Of a DNA stretch of 48,824 bases, positions 1 through 9,467 are shown in pieces (the stretch's first letter is position 1; every line of letters begins with the position of its first letter). The translations under genes were made by a program, and so were the position numbers. Origin of the DNA: an uncultured Flavobacteriales bacterium (lineage in GTDB: Bacteria > Bacteroidota > Bacteroidia > Flavobacteriales_H > CAZUDW01). The notes under the pieces were generated by a model, which did no database searches, was not told the origin of the DNA, and was given only the letters and a program-made list of their open reading frames with translations. The stretch is from assembly GCA_964619305.1 (NCBI GenBank), contig CAZUDW010000006.1, positions 1-48,824 of the forward strand, written 5' to 3'.

Positions 1-124
1 TGCACAACTCTGTTAATAAGTTCAACACAAAATTAAGCAATATTGCGGTAGTTGGTGGTACTTTTATTTCATACGTGGTCAGAAGAGCATCCTGTGTTTT
101 CTCCGTGCTTTGTTTTAACAGCTT

Positions 125-410
125 ATTTAGAAAACATCATCAGCGACCGTTCGCTGCTGAAGCATTGCTGCAAGCGTCCGGACATTTTGTGTTTTCCGGG
201 TTACGACATAGACGAGGAGTTGCCCTGCCCGCACGCCCGGCAGCACCGCACTCTGGTCTTTCACCCTTTTTCCACGGCTTTTTTGCATGCACCTATGACT
301 GAGACGGCCGCACCGATGACGGGGGCGGTTGCCGGAATATTGAAAGTATATTTTTTCCAAAAAAGAAGGATTCCCGATATCGGGACAGGTAGTGCATCAG
401 CTACCGATGT
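125..410 (-). ncRNA. Unclassified structured RNA candidate (riboswitch-like leader; resembles cobalamin- or FMN-class cores, class and strand not resolved)
   Basis: Forward 201-300 is 56/100 G+C by my count, versus 22/100 for 441-540. ORFs are open in three frames at once (52-429+, 75-302+, 127-360-) and none looks protein-like. Dense local stems lie at 141-156, 177-200, 225-243, 308-328, 334-374, 373-384 and 388-405. Read on the minus strand it contains GGGAAUCC (375-368), AAUAUUCCGGCAACCGCCCCCGUCAUCGGUG (341-311), AAGGGUGAAAG..GUGCGGU (268-245) and AAAUGUCCGGACG (187-175). These blocks recall riboswitch cores but I could not fit a full consensus by eye. Confidence 0.4.
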
Positions 411-550
411 AGGGTTCTGTTTTTTATAAAAGAGCTGACATGTATGTGTGAATTAAACCTTTCTTATAACTCATTATCTAAAAGGCATTATACTCTGATT
501 GCAAATTTTTTTTTACTTTTATTTTTTTTTAGCTCAAAAAAATTCTAACC

Positions 551-2140
551 GTGAAATACAAACAGTATATTACATTTGGTTTGTTTATATTAATTTCAAT
601 AACTGGAGATGCGCAGATTACCCTTGATAACAGTGATTTCCCATTAGCCGGTGTAAAATATGGAAGTTATTGGGGAATTGGCCAAACTATTGGTCAGGCG
701 GGTCCCAATCAGAATTATAATTTTACAAATGGTTATTATTTTTTGGCAGATACTTTGCAATATGTCAATGCAAGTCAAACCTTTTTCGGGCCATATCATC
801 CAACTTCGTCAATAGCAACCCGCATAAAGGATCAGAATTTCATAACGATTAAATACTACAATTTTTCGGCCAATGCTTTCTGGCAGTCAGGGATTACTTT
901 GATTGGAGATTTTGGAAATGGCATCGACACAATACATGGCAACTATGTGCCCGGGGCTACAGATACGGTGCTTAACGATCAATATACTTACGGTTATTCA
1001 GATGTAGATTCTTCTTTACAGATCATTCAGTTTGATGCTAATATTACAATTCGCCTGAACTATTTAACCCTCATTAATATCGATGGATATGGATCGCTTT
1101 CTACACCACTCAACTACTTTTCTGATGCACTCAGGATCAAAAGGATTATTTATGAGAAAGACAGCATTTTTGCAGGAAATATTTTCATTCAGGAATCACG
1201 GGATACCTTATACGAATACTGGTATTATGCAAAAAATGTCCGTCATCCGGTTGTCATTGCACATACAAATGCTTTAGATACAATTCAATACGTGGAGTTA
1301 ATCAATATCCCCCCAATAATTTTTGGTTGTACAGATCCGCAAGCACTCAATTACAATCCCATGGCAACAGCAGATGACAGCAGTTGCTATTATTGCGATC
1401 CTATTTCATACACAATCACTCCGGATCAGGATATTTGTGTTGGAGACAGCATAATACTGATGGTTAATGGAGGTGTAAACTGGTTATGGAACAACGGAGA
1501 TGTTGCAAATTCAATCACTGTGCAACCGGATTCCGATGCGGTATACAGTGTGTTTATTTACGATTCTGCCGGCTGCACGGAACAGGCTACTGTGCAGGTA
1601 AAGGTACATCATCCTGTGAGCGCAGCTTTTTGGGTAAATCCTGCCCATCTTAATACTACAGACTCCATTCCTTTTGTCAATCTTTCTCAGAATGCCACAA
1701 GTTGGTATTGGGATTTTGATGACAATATCAATGGAACCAGCACACTTCAAAACCCATACCACCATTATTCTGTTATTGGTTTGAAAACAGTGATGCTGGC
1801 TGCCTCAAACTATTGCTTTTCCGATACCACCTATCAAACCCTGAATATAGTGCTTGGAGTGGAAGATGTGATAAATATTGCAGAATCATTTTTGGTGCAT
1901 CCTAACCCCGGGAACATAGATGCTGAGATATCCTTCCATCTGAATGCATTTGTGCCGGTTGAATTATCGGTCATTGATATGTTGGGTAACAGCAAGGTAT
2001 TGTTTAGTAATACTTCTGCAGAAGGAAACTATAGATACAAAATCAAATCCATTATGAAGGAGATGCCTTCAGGAATATATATACTCGTTCTGAAAGCGGG
2101 CAACCAGATCTATCATAAGCAGTGGATTAAAACCAAATAA
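551..2140 (+). CDS. Secreted PKD-domain protein with T9SS C-terminal sorting domain
   Basis: GTG start followed by a signal peptide (MKYKQYITFGLFILISITGDAQ). PKD-like block (WYWDFDDNINGTSTLQNPYHHYSVIGLKTVMLAASN). C-terminal ~80 aa fit the T9SS CTD pattern (LVHPNPGN..ISFHL..ELSVIDMLGN..SGIYILVLKAGNQIYHKQWIK). A 9-nt gap to the next gene suggests an operon. Confidence 0.8.
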   Translation: MKYKQYITFGLFILISITGDAQITLDNSDFPLAGVKYGSYWGIGQTIGQAGPNQNYNFTNGYYFLADTLQYVNASQTFFGPYHPTSSIATRIKDQNFITIKYYNFSANAFWQSGITLIGDFGNGIDTIHGNYVPGATDTVLNDQYTYGYSDVDSSLQIIQFDANITIRLNYLTLINIDGYGSLSTPLNYFSDALRIKRIIYEKDSIFAGNIFIQESRDTLYEYWYYAKNVRHPVVIAHTNALDTIQYVELINIPPIIFGCTDPQALNYNPMATADDSSCYYCDPISYTITPDQDICVGDSIILMVNGGVNWLWNNGDVANSITVQPDSDAVYSVFIYDSAGCTEQATVQVKVHHPVSAAFWVNPAHLNTTDSIPFVNLSQNATSWYWDFDDNINGTSTLQNPYHHYSVIGLKTVMLAASNYCFSDTTYQTLNIVLGVEDVINIAESFLVHPNPGNIDAEISFHLNAFVPVELSVIDMLGNSKVLFSNTSAEGNYRYKIKSIMKEMPSGIYILVLKAGNQIYHKQWIKTK

Positions 2141-2149
2141 GCCGAAATT

Positions 2150-5100
2150 ATGAAGCAGATTATTTTAATCACATCTATTTGTCTTTTTTTATTTCAACTA
2201 TCTGATGCCCAGGTCGTCATCAACGAAGTTTGTTCCCGAAACGGTGATTTGGTAGCAGACGAAGACAAAGATTATCCTGATTGGATTGAACTGTACAATA
2301 CAGGTAACACAGCAGTTAATCTCTCAGGTTATGGACTTGGTGATGATTACAATAACATAGCAGCATGGAAATTCCCAAATGTTGCCATACTTGCACACGA
2401 TTTTCTAACAATTTTTTCTTCTGGCAAGAACAGGAAAGAGATCATAAATCATTGGGAAACAATTGTTAAAGCAGAACTGGTCTGGAGATATCTTGTTCCG
2501 CTGTCAACACCTCCTGCAAACTGGCGCGATCTTGGTTTTGACGATTCAGGCTGGCTGCAGGGAAATGGTGGTTTTGGTTATGGTGATGGCGATGATGCCA
2601 CCATTTTAGCACCAAATACGGTTTCTGTGCTGACCAGAAAGACGTTCAATATTGTAGATACTTCCCTTATCGGTGCACTTACTTTTACAATTGATTATGA
2701 CGATGCATTTGTAATCTATTTGAATGGTGTCGAAATGGTGCGTTCTAATATTGGAGTGGAAGGTGTACCTCCCAATTATGACCAGTTAGCATACAAAGAA
2801 CATGAGGCAGTGGCATACCAGAATATGTATCCTGAAGAATATACTGTGGACGAAGCGACAGTTAAATCTGCCCTCGTGAATGGTCAAAACGTTCTTGCTG
2901 TTGAATGTCATAATGTGACCCCCTTTTCTTCAGACATGACACTGATCTGCTATATGCATGCAGCTATAAAAGACAATTCCACAAACTACTTCCCAACACC
3001 CTATTGGTTTGTTGGCGGGAATTCATGGCTACATACTAATTTCAAACTTAGTCAAACGGGTGAAACGGTTTATTTATCAGATCCTTCTGATAATGTTATT
3101 GATCAAATGACCTTTTTATATACCCATGTAAATCATTCTACCGGAAGGACAACAGATGGAGGCAATTCAGTGAAAATATTTGATAAACCAACCCCTGACT
3201 CAACAAATAACAACTCGCTTGCTTATTCAGGATATGCCAACACTCCTCTTTTCTCCTTGCAAGCAGGGTTTTATAACTCTGCACAAGTGCTTTCTCTCTC
3301 TACCAATCTCAATGGCAATGATATTTATTACACTATAGATGGGAGTGCTCCTATCGATGCATCGATGTTATATACATCTCCTATCAACATTGACTCTACT
3401 ACTGTGATCAGGGCTGTGGTTTATGATGATGATCTTCTGCACAGCGATATAGAGTCCAATACCTACGTTATCAATGAAGCTAGCACCCTACCGGCCATAT
3501 CCGTAAGCACAGATCCTGATAATCTTTGGGATTGGGACAAAGGAATATATGTGCTGGGACCTGATGCTGAAAATGTAGTGCCTTATTTTGGTGCCAATTT
3601 CTGGCAAGACTGGGAAATTCCTGTTCATGTTGAATATTTTGACAAACAGGGCGCACTGGGTTTTGAACAGGACATTGGGTTTAAAATATCCGGTAATTAC
3701 AGTCGTTCAAATCCGCAAAAAAGCTTCAAGTTAATAGCCAGAGGCGCTTACGGAAAAACAAGTATTGATTACCAGATATTTCCGGATAAACCTATTGCCA
3801 GTTTCAAACAGGTGGTTGTAAGAGATGCCGGAAATGATTGGAACAATGCCCATATGCGTGATGCTTTATCTCACAAAATGGCTTTAGGCACCACGCACAA
3901 TATCGTGCAATCTACACAACAAGCTGTTGTGTTCATCAACGGAGAATACTGGGGAGTTTACAACATCAGGGAAAAAATCAACGAGCATTACATTGCAGAG
4001 AACTTCAATGTAAATCCGGATAGCATTGACCTTTTACAGTATGGTGGTTCTGAAATGGTTGGGACGAACCAGGATTTTGTCAACATGTCCGATTTTATCC
4101 TATACAACAACATGTCCATTCAGGCAAATTATGATTCGGTTAAAAACTGGCTTGACATCGACAACTTTGTTGACTATTTTACCTGTGAAACTTATCTGAA
4201 TAACTGGGATTGGCTTGGCAACAACGTGAGGTTCTGGAGGGAACAGAAAACCGGTGCTAAATGGAGATACATCTTTTGGGATCTGGATCTTGGTTTAGGA
4301 GCTACATGGCCTTTTTATTACAATGGTCTGGATACCAATCTCAACAAATGGTATGATGTCCACTCAAAGATGATGGTGTCTCTGCTGCAAAACACAGACT
4401 TCAGGAATTATTTTATCAATCGATATGCCGACTTGATGAATACTATTTTTCTCCCTTCAGAGTTCAGCAAACTGGTCTATGCTATGAGGGATACCATAGA
4501 TCCTGAAATGCAGAAGCAGTTTAATCGTTGGGGATGGCAGTTTCAAGATACAATTTTTGGCAGGCCTGGTTGGGGAGATTACAATAACTGGAGAAATACA
4601 GAAATAAATCGTATACTGGATTTTATCAACAACAGACCTCCTTATGCACGTGACCAACTGCAGGCCGAGTTTAACTTGCCCGGGCAGGTGCCAGTCACAT
4701 TAAATGTATATCCCCCTGGTGCAGGATACATCAAAATGAACACAATATATCCGAAAAATTATCCATGGGGAGGTATTTATTACGATAGTGTACCCATACA
4801 AATGATCGCGATTCCCAACCCTGGTTATGAATTTGCATATTGGCAATCGAATGTTTTCTATACTTCGGCTGTGTTTAATGATACAATAGGTCTTGTTGTG
4901 GATACACCGGACAATTTTACTGCTTATTTCTTTGGCGCTCCTGATACCAACAAAATCACTTTTAGTGAGATCAACTATAATTCCAATTCCGATCTGGATG
5001 CAGGGGATTGGGTGGAGCTGTATAATTATGGAAATTTGGATGTAGATATTTCAGGCTGGCAGTTCAGAGACAAGTTTGATTATAATTATTTCACTTTTCC

Positions 5101-5716
5101 TCAAAACACAATACTTAAGAAGAACAAATATCTTGTCCTGTATAAAGATGATAGTTTGTTTTTTTCCGTGCACCCTAATGTTACTAATGCCATGGGCCCC
5201 TTTAACTTCAATCTTTCGGGTACTACAGATGAATTGAGATTGTTTGATCAGTGGAGTGATATGTATCTGGAGATGACCTATTCTAACCTCAACCCATGGC
5301 CACAGCTTGCTAATGCCAACGGTGGAACACTTGAATTACTCAACCCGGCTTACGATCTGAACGATCCATATAACTGGTTTGACGGGTGTCTCGGTGGTTC
5401 TCCGGGTGGTGCTTTTATTCCATGCGACAGTACTGGTATTGAAGAGAAGGTAACAGGAACATTCAATCTTAACAATTATCCAAACCCTTTCAGCAACGGA
5501 ACTTTCATAACATTTAACCTACCTGTGAGTCAAGAGATATCCATATATATTTATAATTTGTATGGTAATGAAGTTTTAACATTATTCACTGGAATGATGA
5601 ATGCAGGTCGTCATAATATATCCATTCTTCCCGAAACGCTCTCAGCCGGGGTATATTTTTGCGTACTTAGTGGTGAAAGCGGAAGGGAGACGAGGATGAT
5701 GCAGGTAATCAGATGA
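2150..5716 (+). CDS. LTD-CotH-LTD multidomain protein, T9SS-sorted (CotH kinase-family core flanked by lamin-tail domains)
   Basis: Signal peptide present. N-terminal lamin-tail-like block (VVINEVCSRNGD..DWIELYNTGNTAVNLSGYGL) and a second near the C-terminus (ITFSEINYNS..GDWVELYNYGNLDVDISGWQF). Central CotH-like region (KSFKLIARG..VVRDAGNDWNNAHMRDAL..INGEYWGVYNIREKINEHY..NNWDW). Chitobiase/hexosaminidase-C-like segment (IYYTIDGSAP..IRAVVYD). C-terminal T9SS CTD (NNYPNPFSNGTFITFNL..GVYFCVL). Confidence 0.85.
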   Translation: MKQIILITSICLFLFQLSDAQVVINEVCSRNGDLVADEDKDYPDWIELYNTGNTAVNLSGYGLGDDYNNIAAWKFPNVAILAHDFLTIFSSGKNRKEIINHWETIVKAELVWRYLVPLSTPPANWRDLGFDDSGWLQGNGGFGYGDGDDATILAPNTVSVLTRKTFNIVDTSLIGALTFTIDYDDAFVIYLNGVEMVRSNIGVEGVPPNYDQLAYKEHEAVAYQNMYPEEYTVDEATVKSALVNGQNVLAVECHNVTPFSSDMTLICYMHAAIKDNSTNYFPTPYWFVGGNSWLHTNFKLSQTGETVYLSDPSDNVIDQMTFLYTHVNHSTGRTTDGGNSVKIFDKPTPDSTNNNSLAYSGYANTPLFSLQAGFYNSAQVLSLSTNLNGNDIYYTIDGSAPIDASMLYTSPINIDSTTVIRAVVYDDDLLHSDIESNTYVINEASTLPAISVSTDPDNLWDWDKGIYVLGPDAENVVPYFGANFWQDWEIPVHVEYFDKQGALGFEQDIGFKISGNYSRSNPQKSFKLIARGAYGKTSIDYQIFPDKPIASFKQVVVRDAGNDWNNAHMRDALSHKMALGTTHNIVQSTQQAVVFINGEYWGVYNIREKINEHYIAENFNVNPDSIDLLQYGGSEMVGTNQDFVNMSDFILYNNMSIQANYDSVKNWLDIDNFVDYFTCETYLNNWDWLGNNVRFWREQKTGAKWRYIFWDLDLGLGATWPFYYNGLDTNLNKWYDVHSKMMVSLLQNTDFRNYFINRYADLMNTIFLPSEFSKLVYAMRDTIDPEMQKQFNRWGWQFQDTIFGRPGWGDYNNWRNTEINRILDFINNRPPYARDQLQAEFNLPGQVPVTLNVYPPGAGYIKMNTIYPKNYPWGGIYYDSVPIQMIAIPNPGYEFAYWQSNVFYTSAVFNDTIGLVVDTPDNFTAYFFGAPDTNKITFSEINYNSNSDLDAGDWVELYNYGNLDVDISGWQFRDKFDYNYFTFPQNTILKKNKYLVLYKDDSLFFSVHPNVTNAMGPFNFNLSGTTDELRLFDQWSDMYLEMTYSNLNPWPQLANANGGTLELLNPAYDLNDPYNWFDGCLGGSPGGAFIPCDSTGIEEKVTGTFNLNNYPNPFSNGTFITFNLPVSQEISIYIYNLYGNEVLTLFTGMMNAGRHNISILPETLSAGVYFCVLSGESGRETRMMQVIR

Positions 5717-5822
5717 ATGAAAACGGGTATGCCTCCTGTTAAGGTGTTACCTGTAATTATATGCATTATAATGAAGTATGTATCAAAGAAGGATGAGCCC
5801 TAAATCAGTCGGTATGATAATA

Positions 5823-7130
5823 TCATTTCAGAATTCGCATGCGTTCAGCATCCATACGTATAAACAAGAACAACATAATGGTGAATGCCCAGAGGGAAGA
5901 ACCACCATAGCTAAAGAAAGGCAGGGGAATACCGATAACTGGTGCAAAACCAATCGTCATACCGATATTTACGGCAACATGAAAAAACAGCAATGATGCA
6001 AAGCAATAACCATATATTCTACTGAATTTACTCCTTTGCCGTTCAGCAACAATTATCAACCTGAAGAGCATCACGGTGAATAGAATGATAACGGTAAAGC
6101 TGCCGACAAATCCCCATTCTTCACCTACTGTACAGAAGATAAAATCTGTGCTTTGTTCAGGAACAAAATCAAACTTTGTTTGTGTGCCCTGCAGGAAACC
6201 TTTGCCCATAAAGCCACCGGAACCTATTGCTATCTTTGATTGATTTACATTGTAGCCGGTACCTTTTGGATCGTATTTTCTTCCCACAAGTTCGAGGATT
6301 CGATTACGTTGATGGACTTTCAGTGCATGATCAAATGCGTAATCTACAGAAAGAACATATCCGGAAGACAGTACAACAAAAGCAGTGATATAAATCAGCA
6401 CCCTTTTAAACTTTTTCAATAGAAAATATACTATTGTGGAGATTATAAATAATATAATAACAAGCATAATAGGACCGGATAATTGCAAGTCGAATGGGAA
6501 GTTTATGGAGGTATCTTTCATCATAACAGTTACAATAAAAAGCACAATGCATGCCAACACACCAATAAGTATTTTCCCAGAAAGTCCTTCCCTGTAAAGC
6601 ACGAAAATAAAGGCCATGAAAACAATGGCTGAACCGAAATCAGGTTGGATAGCAATAAGAACTGCCGGCAGCAGAATAATGACAAAAGCTTTGAAGCGTG
6701 TTCTTGTGTTAATCAATCTGCTCTCATATGAGCTGAGCAGGTTAGCTAATGCAAGTGAAGTAGCAATTTTTGCAAATTCTGAAGGTTGCAATCGAAAAAA
6801 ATCTCCGAATGAAAACCAGGATCTAGCTCCTTTTACTACACTACCAAAAACCAAAACAGCTAACAATAAAAGTATGGATAGAGTAAAAATAAAGTTCGAT
6901 AATTGTTTGATAAAATTGGCTTCAATCATAATGCACAGCCATGCAAGGACGAAAGCAGAGATAATCCATAGCAACTGCTTCCCTGAAACAAGATTAAATG
7001 AAATAAGAGGAAAATCTTCTGAATAGTTGGCAGCAAAAATGTTCAGCCATCCGATCACTACTAGTAATATATATAGCAGGACTAACCAATGGTCGAGATT
7101 TGCAGATATTGACCTATTCCTTCTCATCAT
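5823..7130 (-). CDS. rodA: Rod shape-determining protein RodA (SEDS family peptidoglycan polymerase)
   Basis: Polytopic membrane protein with FtsW/RodA signatures (QPSEFAKI, NQSKIAIGSGGFMGKG, FIFCTVGEEWGF, GIPLPFFSYGGSS). Last gene of the mre/mrd operon. Start set at the ATG-ATG pair at 7130/7127 rather than the longest ORF (7151), giving a short overlap with the mrdA stop. Confidence 0.9.
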   Translation of the reverse strand: MMRRNRSISANLDHWLVLLYILLVVIGWLNIFAANYSEDFPLISFNLVSGKQLLWIISAFVLAWLCIMIEANFIKQLSNFIFTLSILLLLAVLVFGSVVKGARSWFSFGDFFRLQPSEFAKIATSLALANLLSSYESRLINTRTRFKAFVIILLPAVLIAIQPDFGSAIVFMAFIFVLYREGLSGKILIGVLACIVLFIVTVMMKDTSINFPFDLQLSGPIMLVIILFIISTIVYFLLKKFKRVLIYITAFVVLSSGYVLSVDYAFDHALKVHQRNRILELVGRKYDPKGTGYNVNQSKIAIGSGGFMGKGFLQGTQTKFDFVPEQSTDFIFCTVGEEWGFVGSFTVIILFTVMLFRLIIVAERQRSKFSRIYGYCFASLLFFHVAVNIGMTIGFAPVIGIPLPFFSYGGSSLWAFTIMLFLFIRMDAERMRILK

Positions 7131-8943
7131 TAACATGAATAAAATCTGCATTTATTATCCTTCCTTCTTTAAGGGTGTCCGATATATCTTTATTAATATA
7201 CTTTTCAATCATAAGGCTTGCAACTGGGGCTGCCCAACTGCCACCGAAACCAGCATTTTCTATATATACCGAAATTGCGATCTGTGGGCTTTTCATAGGG
7301 GCAAAAGCTATAAAAACAGAATGGTCATCTCCATGTGGATTTTGTGCTGTCCCGGTTTTCCCACATACAGTGATTCCTTGTATGCGTGCTCTGCGTGCCG
7401 TCCCATGAGGTTCTTCGACCACCCGTCTCATTGCTTCGCGTACAAGAGCAAAATATTCCGGTTTAATACCTGTATTCATGCGCTGTTTATATTTGGAAGG
7501 CACCTGCATGTTTTTAGCATTGGATTTAATAAAATGTGGAATGTAATAATATCCGTGATTTGCAATAATAGCTGAGAGATTTGCCATTTGCAAAGGGTTA
7601 ATCTCCAACTCTCCCTGTCCTATGCCTAGTGAATAGATGGTACTGAAAGCCCAGTGACCATGACCATAGATTTTATCATAAAAATTTACATCAGGCACTA
7701 TACCGGTTTTTTCAACGGGGAAATCAATTCCCAGTTTTCTACCGAAACCAAACCTTTTAACATACTTATACCACTCTTCCAGTCCTAGTTCAGAATCTTT
7801 GAAGATACTTTTGGCTTTGTTCTGTTGTATTAGAGATCTAAAGACGTTGAAGAAATATGGATTACAGGAATATTGTATTCCCCTGGTGAGGTTAAAAGCA
7901 GTCGGATGATTATGACATCCAACAAGAGATTTGTTGCAGGGAAATGAAGTGTGTTCTGTAATAGCACCTTCTTCAAGACCAATTAACCCTTGCACCAGTT
8001 TGAAAATTGAACCTGGTGGATACTGAGCCATAAGTGCCCTGTTGAATAAAGGTTTGAGTGAGTCGTTGGCAACAAGCATACGGTAGTTGTCAGAACGTTT
8101 CCTACCTATTAACAGGTTGGGATCATAACCTGGGCTTGATACCATGCAAAGAATTTCACCGCTGGAAGGTTCTATAGCAACTATACCTCCTTTTTTATTT
8201 TGCATAAGCTTTTCACCGTATTCCTGCAGATCTTTATCAATACTGATATAAAGATTAGTGCCATTCACCGATATGGTGTCATGAGCTCCGTTTTTATAGT
8301 GCCCCTGCACCGAATTATGAACATCTACTAATAGTACTTCCACACCGGGTTTTCCACGTAACATGGTTTCGTATTGTTGTTCAAGGCCACTGACACCTAT
8401 GTATTCGCCTTTTTGATAGGATTTATTCTTGTTTAAAGTCTTTTCATCTATTTCAGAAATATATCCCAACAGATGAGCAGCAATAGGAGAAGGATATTTC
8501 CTGAGTGTTCTTTCCTGCCCGTAAAAACCGGGGTATTTGTAAAGTCTTTCGGCAAGAACAGCATATTCATTTAATGGCATCTGTTTAATAAAAACCGATG
8601 CTTTATATCGGGAGTAATCTGTAGCTTCTTTTAGCTTTTTCTCGAAGACGTCTCTGGTAATTCCCAACACAGTACAAAATTCATTTGTGTCGATGTTTTT
8701 CATCCTTTTTGGAACAATCATCAGGTCATAAGCAGCTTCATTGTAAACGAGTAATTTTTTATTGCGGTCATAGATCAACCCCCTGACGGGATATTGGATG
8801 ACGTGTCTCAGTGACTGGTTTCTGGCAGAAAGTTTGTAAGTCTCATCAAAGACCTGCAAGTAGAATAGCCGTATGATGTATAGCAGTGTGGTAATGAGAA
8901 AAATGGACATTAGAACGTATTTTCGGTTTTCAAATGCGTTCAT
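7114..8943 (-). CDS. mrdA: Penicillin-binding protein 2 (elongasome transpeptidase)
   Basis: N-terminal membrane anchor, PBP dimerisation region, and transpeptidase motifs (PGSIFK = SxxK context, CGKTGTAQ = KTG). ATGA start/stop overlap with mreD at 8940-8943. Confidence 0.92.
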   Translation of the reverse strand: MNAFENRKYVLMSIFLITTLLYIIRLFYLQVFDETYKLSARNQSLRHVIQYPVRGLIYDRNKKLLVYNEAAYDLMIVPKRMKNIDTNEFCTVLGITRDVFEKKLKEATDYSRYKASVFIKQMPLNEYAVLAERLYKYPGFYGQERTLRKYPSPIAAHLLGYISEIDEKTLNKNKSYQKGEYIGVSGLEQQYETMLRGKPGVEVLLVDVHNSVQGHYKNGAHDTISVNGTNLYISIDKDLQEYGEKLMQNKKGGIVAIEPSSGEILCMVSSPGYDPNLLIGRKRSDNYRMLVANDSLKPLFNRALMAQYPPGSIFKLVQGLIGLEEGAITEHTSFPCNKSLVGCHNHPTAFNLTRGIQYSCNPYFFNVFRSLIQQNKAKSIFKDSELGLEEWYKYVKRFGFGRKLGIDFPVEKTGIVPDVNFYDKIYGHGHWAFSTIYSLGIGQGELEINPLQMANLSAIIANHGYYYIPHFIKSNAKNMQVPSKYKQRMNTGIKPEYFALVREAMRRVVEEPHGTARRARIQGITVCGKTGTAQNPHGDDHSVFIAFAPMKSPQIAISVYIENAGFGGSWAAPVASLMIEKYINKDISDTLKEGRIINADFIHVNDEKE

Positions 8944-9452
8944 TTTTTATTTCGTTGAAAAAGAAGCTGAGCAATGATGATCAGCAACATGCTGAAAAAG
9001 AAACTAAAGATTGCTCTAAGAAAAGTAAAATAGAAGCCTGAGAGACTGAAAGCTTCCATATAAAAGAGAACAAGATGATGCAAAAAAACAAGGAAAGAGG
9101 CATAATAAATGAATCTTTTAATTCCCATATCGCTTATATCAGGCGTAATATTCATCTGTTCATTGTCTTTTGTACTAATCAACCTAAGGACAGACGGGCG
9201 AAGATATGCTGTTAAAACAGTTGCTGTGGTGTGTATGCCTAAAGTCTGTGTAAACATATCGATGCTAATGCCAAGGCAGAAAGAGAGCAGTAGAAGTAAC
9301 CAACCAGGTGTATTGAAAGGGAGTGTTAGAACAAACAGGATATAAATCATTGGGTGCCATAAGCTGCCAAGTTGTAAATGGTTCAATATTAGTACTTGTA
9401 CTGCAACCAGTAGAATAAAGCGAAGCAGAATAACCAGGATCATTTTATTCAT
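8940..9452 (-). CDS. mreD: Rod shape-determining protein MreD
   Basis: 170-aa very hydrophobic multi-TM protein positioned between mreC and mrdA, the canonical MreD position and size. Confidence 0.8.
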   Translation of the reverse strand: MNKMILVILLRFILLVAVQVLILNHLQLGSLWHPMIYILFVLTLPFNTPGWLLLLLSFCLGISIDMFTQTLGIHTTATVLTAYLRPSVLRLISTKDNEQMNITPDISDMGIKRFIYYASFLVFLHHLVLFYMEAFSLSGFYFTFLRAIFSFFFSMLLIIIAQLLFQRNKK

Positions 9453-9467
9453 GTGGGCTTATTTATT

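Noticed and set aside
46-410. RNase P RNA (type A) on the minus strand. This was suggested by AAGGGUGAAAG..GUGCGGU, GCAACCGCC and GGCAACUCC blocks and by a possible terminal pairing CGGUAG/CUACCG ~360 nt apart.
   Set aside because: The universally conserved P4 strands (GGAAAGUCCGG and ACAGAAnCCGGCUUA) are absent or cannot pair. The P13-type hairpin (GUGCG/CGCAC) cannot form. The 5' third is too short to hold P1-P11. tmRNA was also rejected because there is no tRNA-like GGUUCGAnUCC 3' end and no tag ORF.
52-429. ORFs 52-429(+), 75-302(+) and 127-360(-) as protein-coding genes.
   Set aside because: All three overlap in a GC-rich patch where stops are rare by composition. The translations are Cys/His/Arg/Pro-rich with no domain-like or signal-like features, so the patch is treated as an RNA/structured element instead.
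7027-7575. Long antisense or alternative-frame ORFs inside well-supported genes: 7027-7575(+), 6616-7026(+), 15581-16132(-), 14759-15103(-), 33167-33577(-), 45 kb and 47-48 kb (+) ORFs, 11587-11886(+), and others.
   Set aside because: Each lies entirely within a longer ORF that has unmistakable family motifs on the other strand or frame. Their translations are low-complexity or hydrophobic mirror images.
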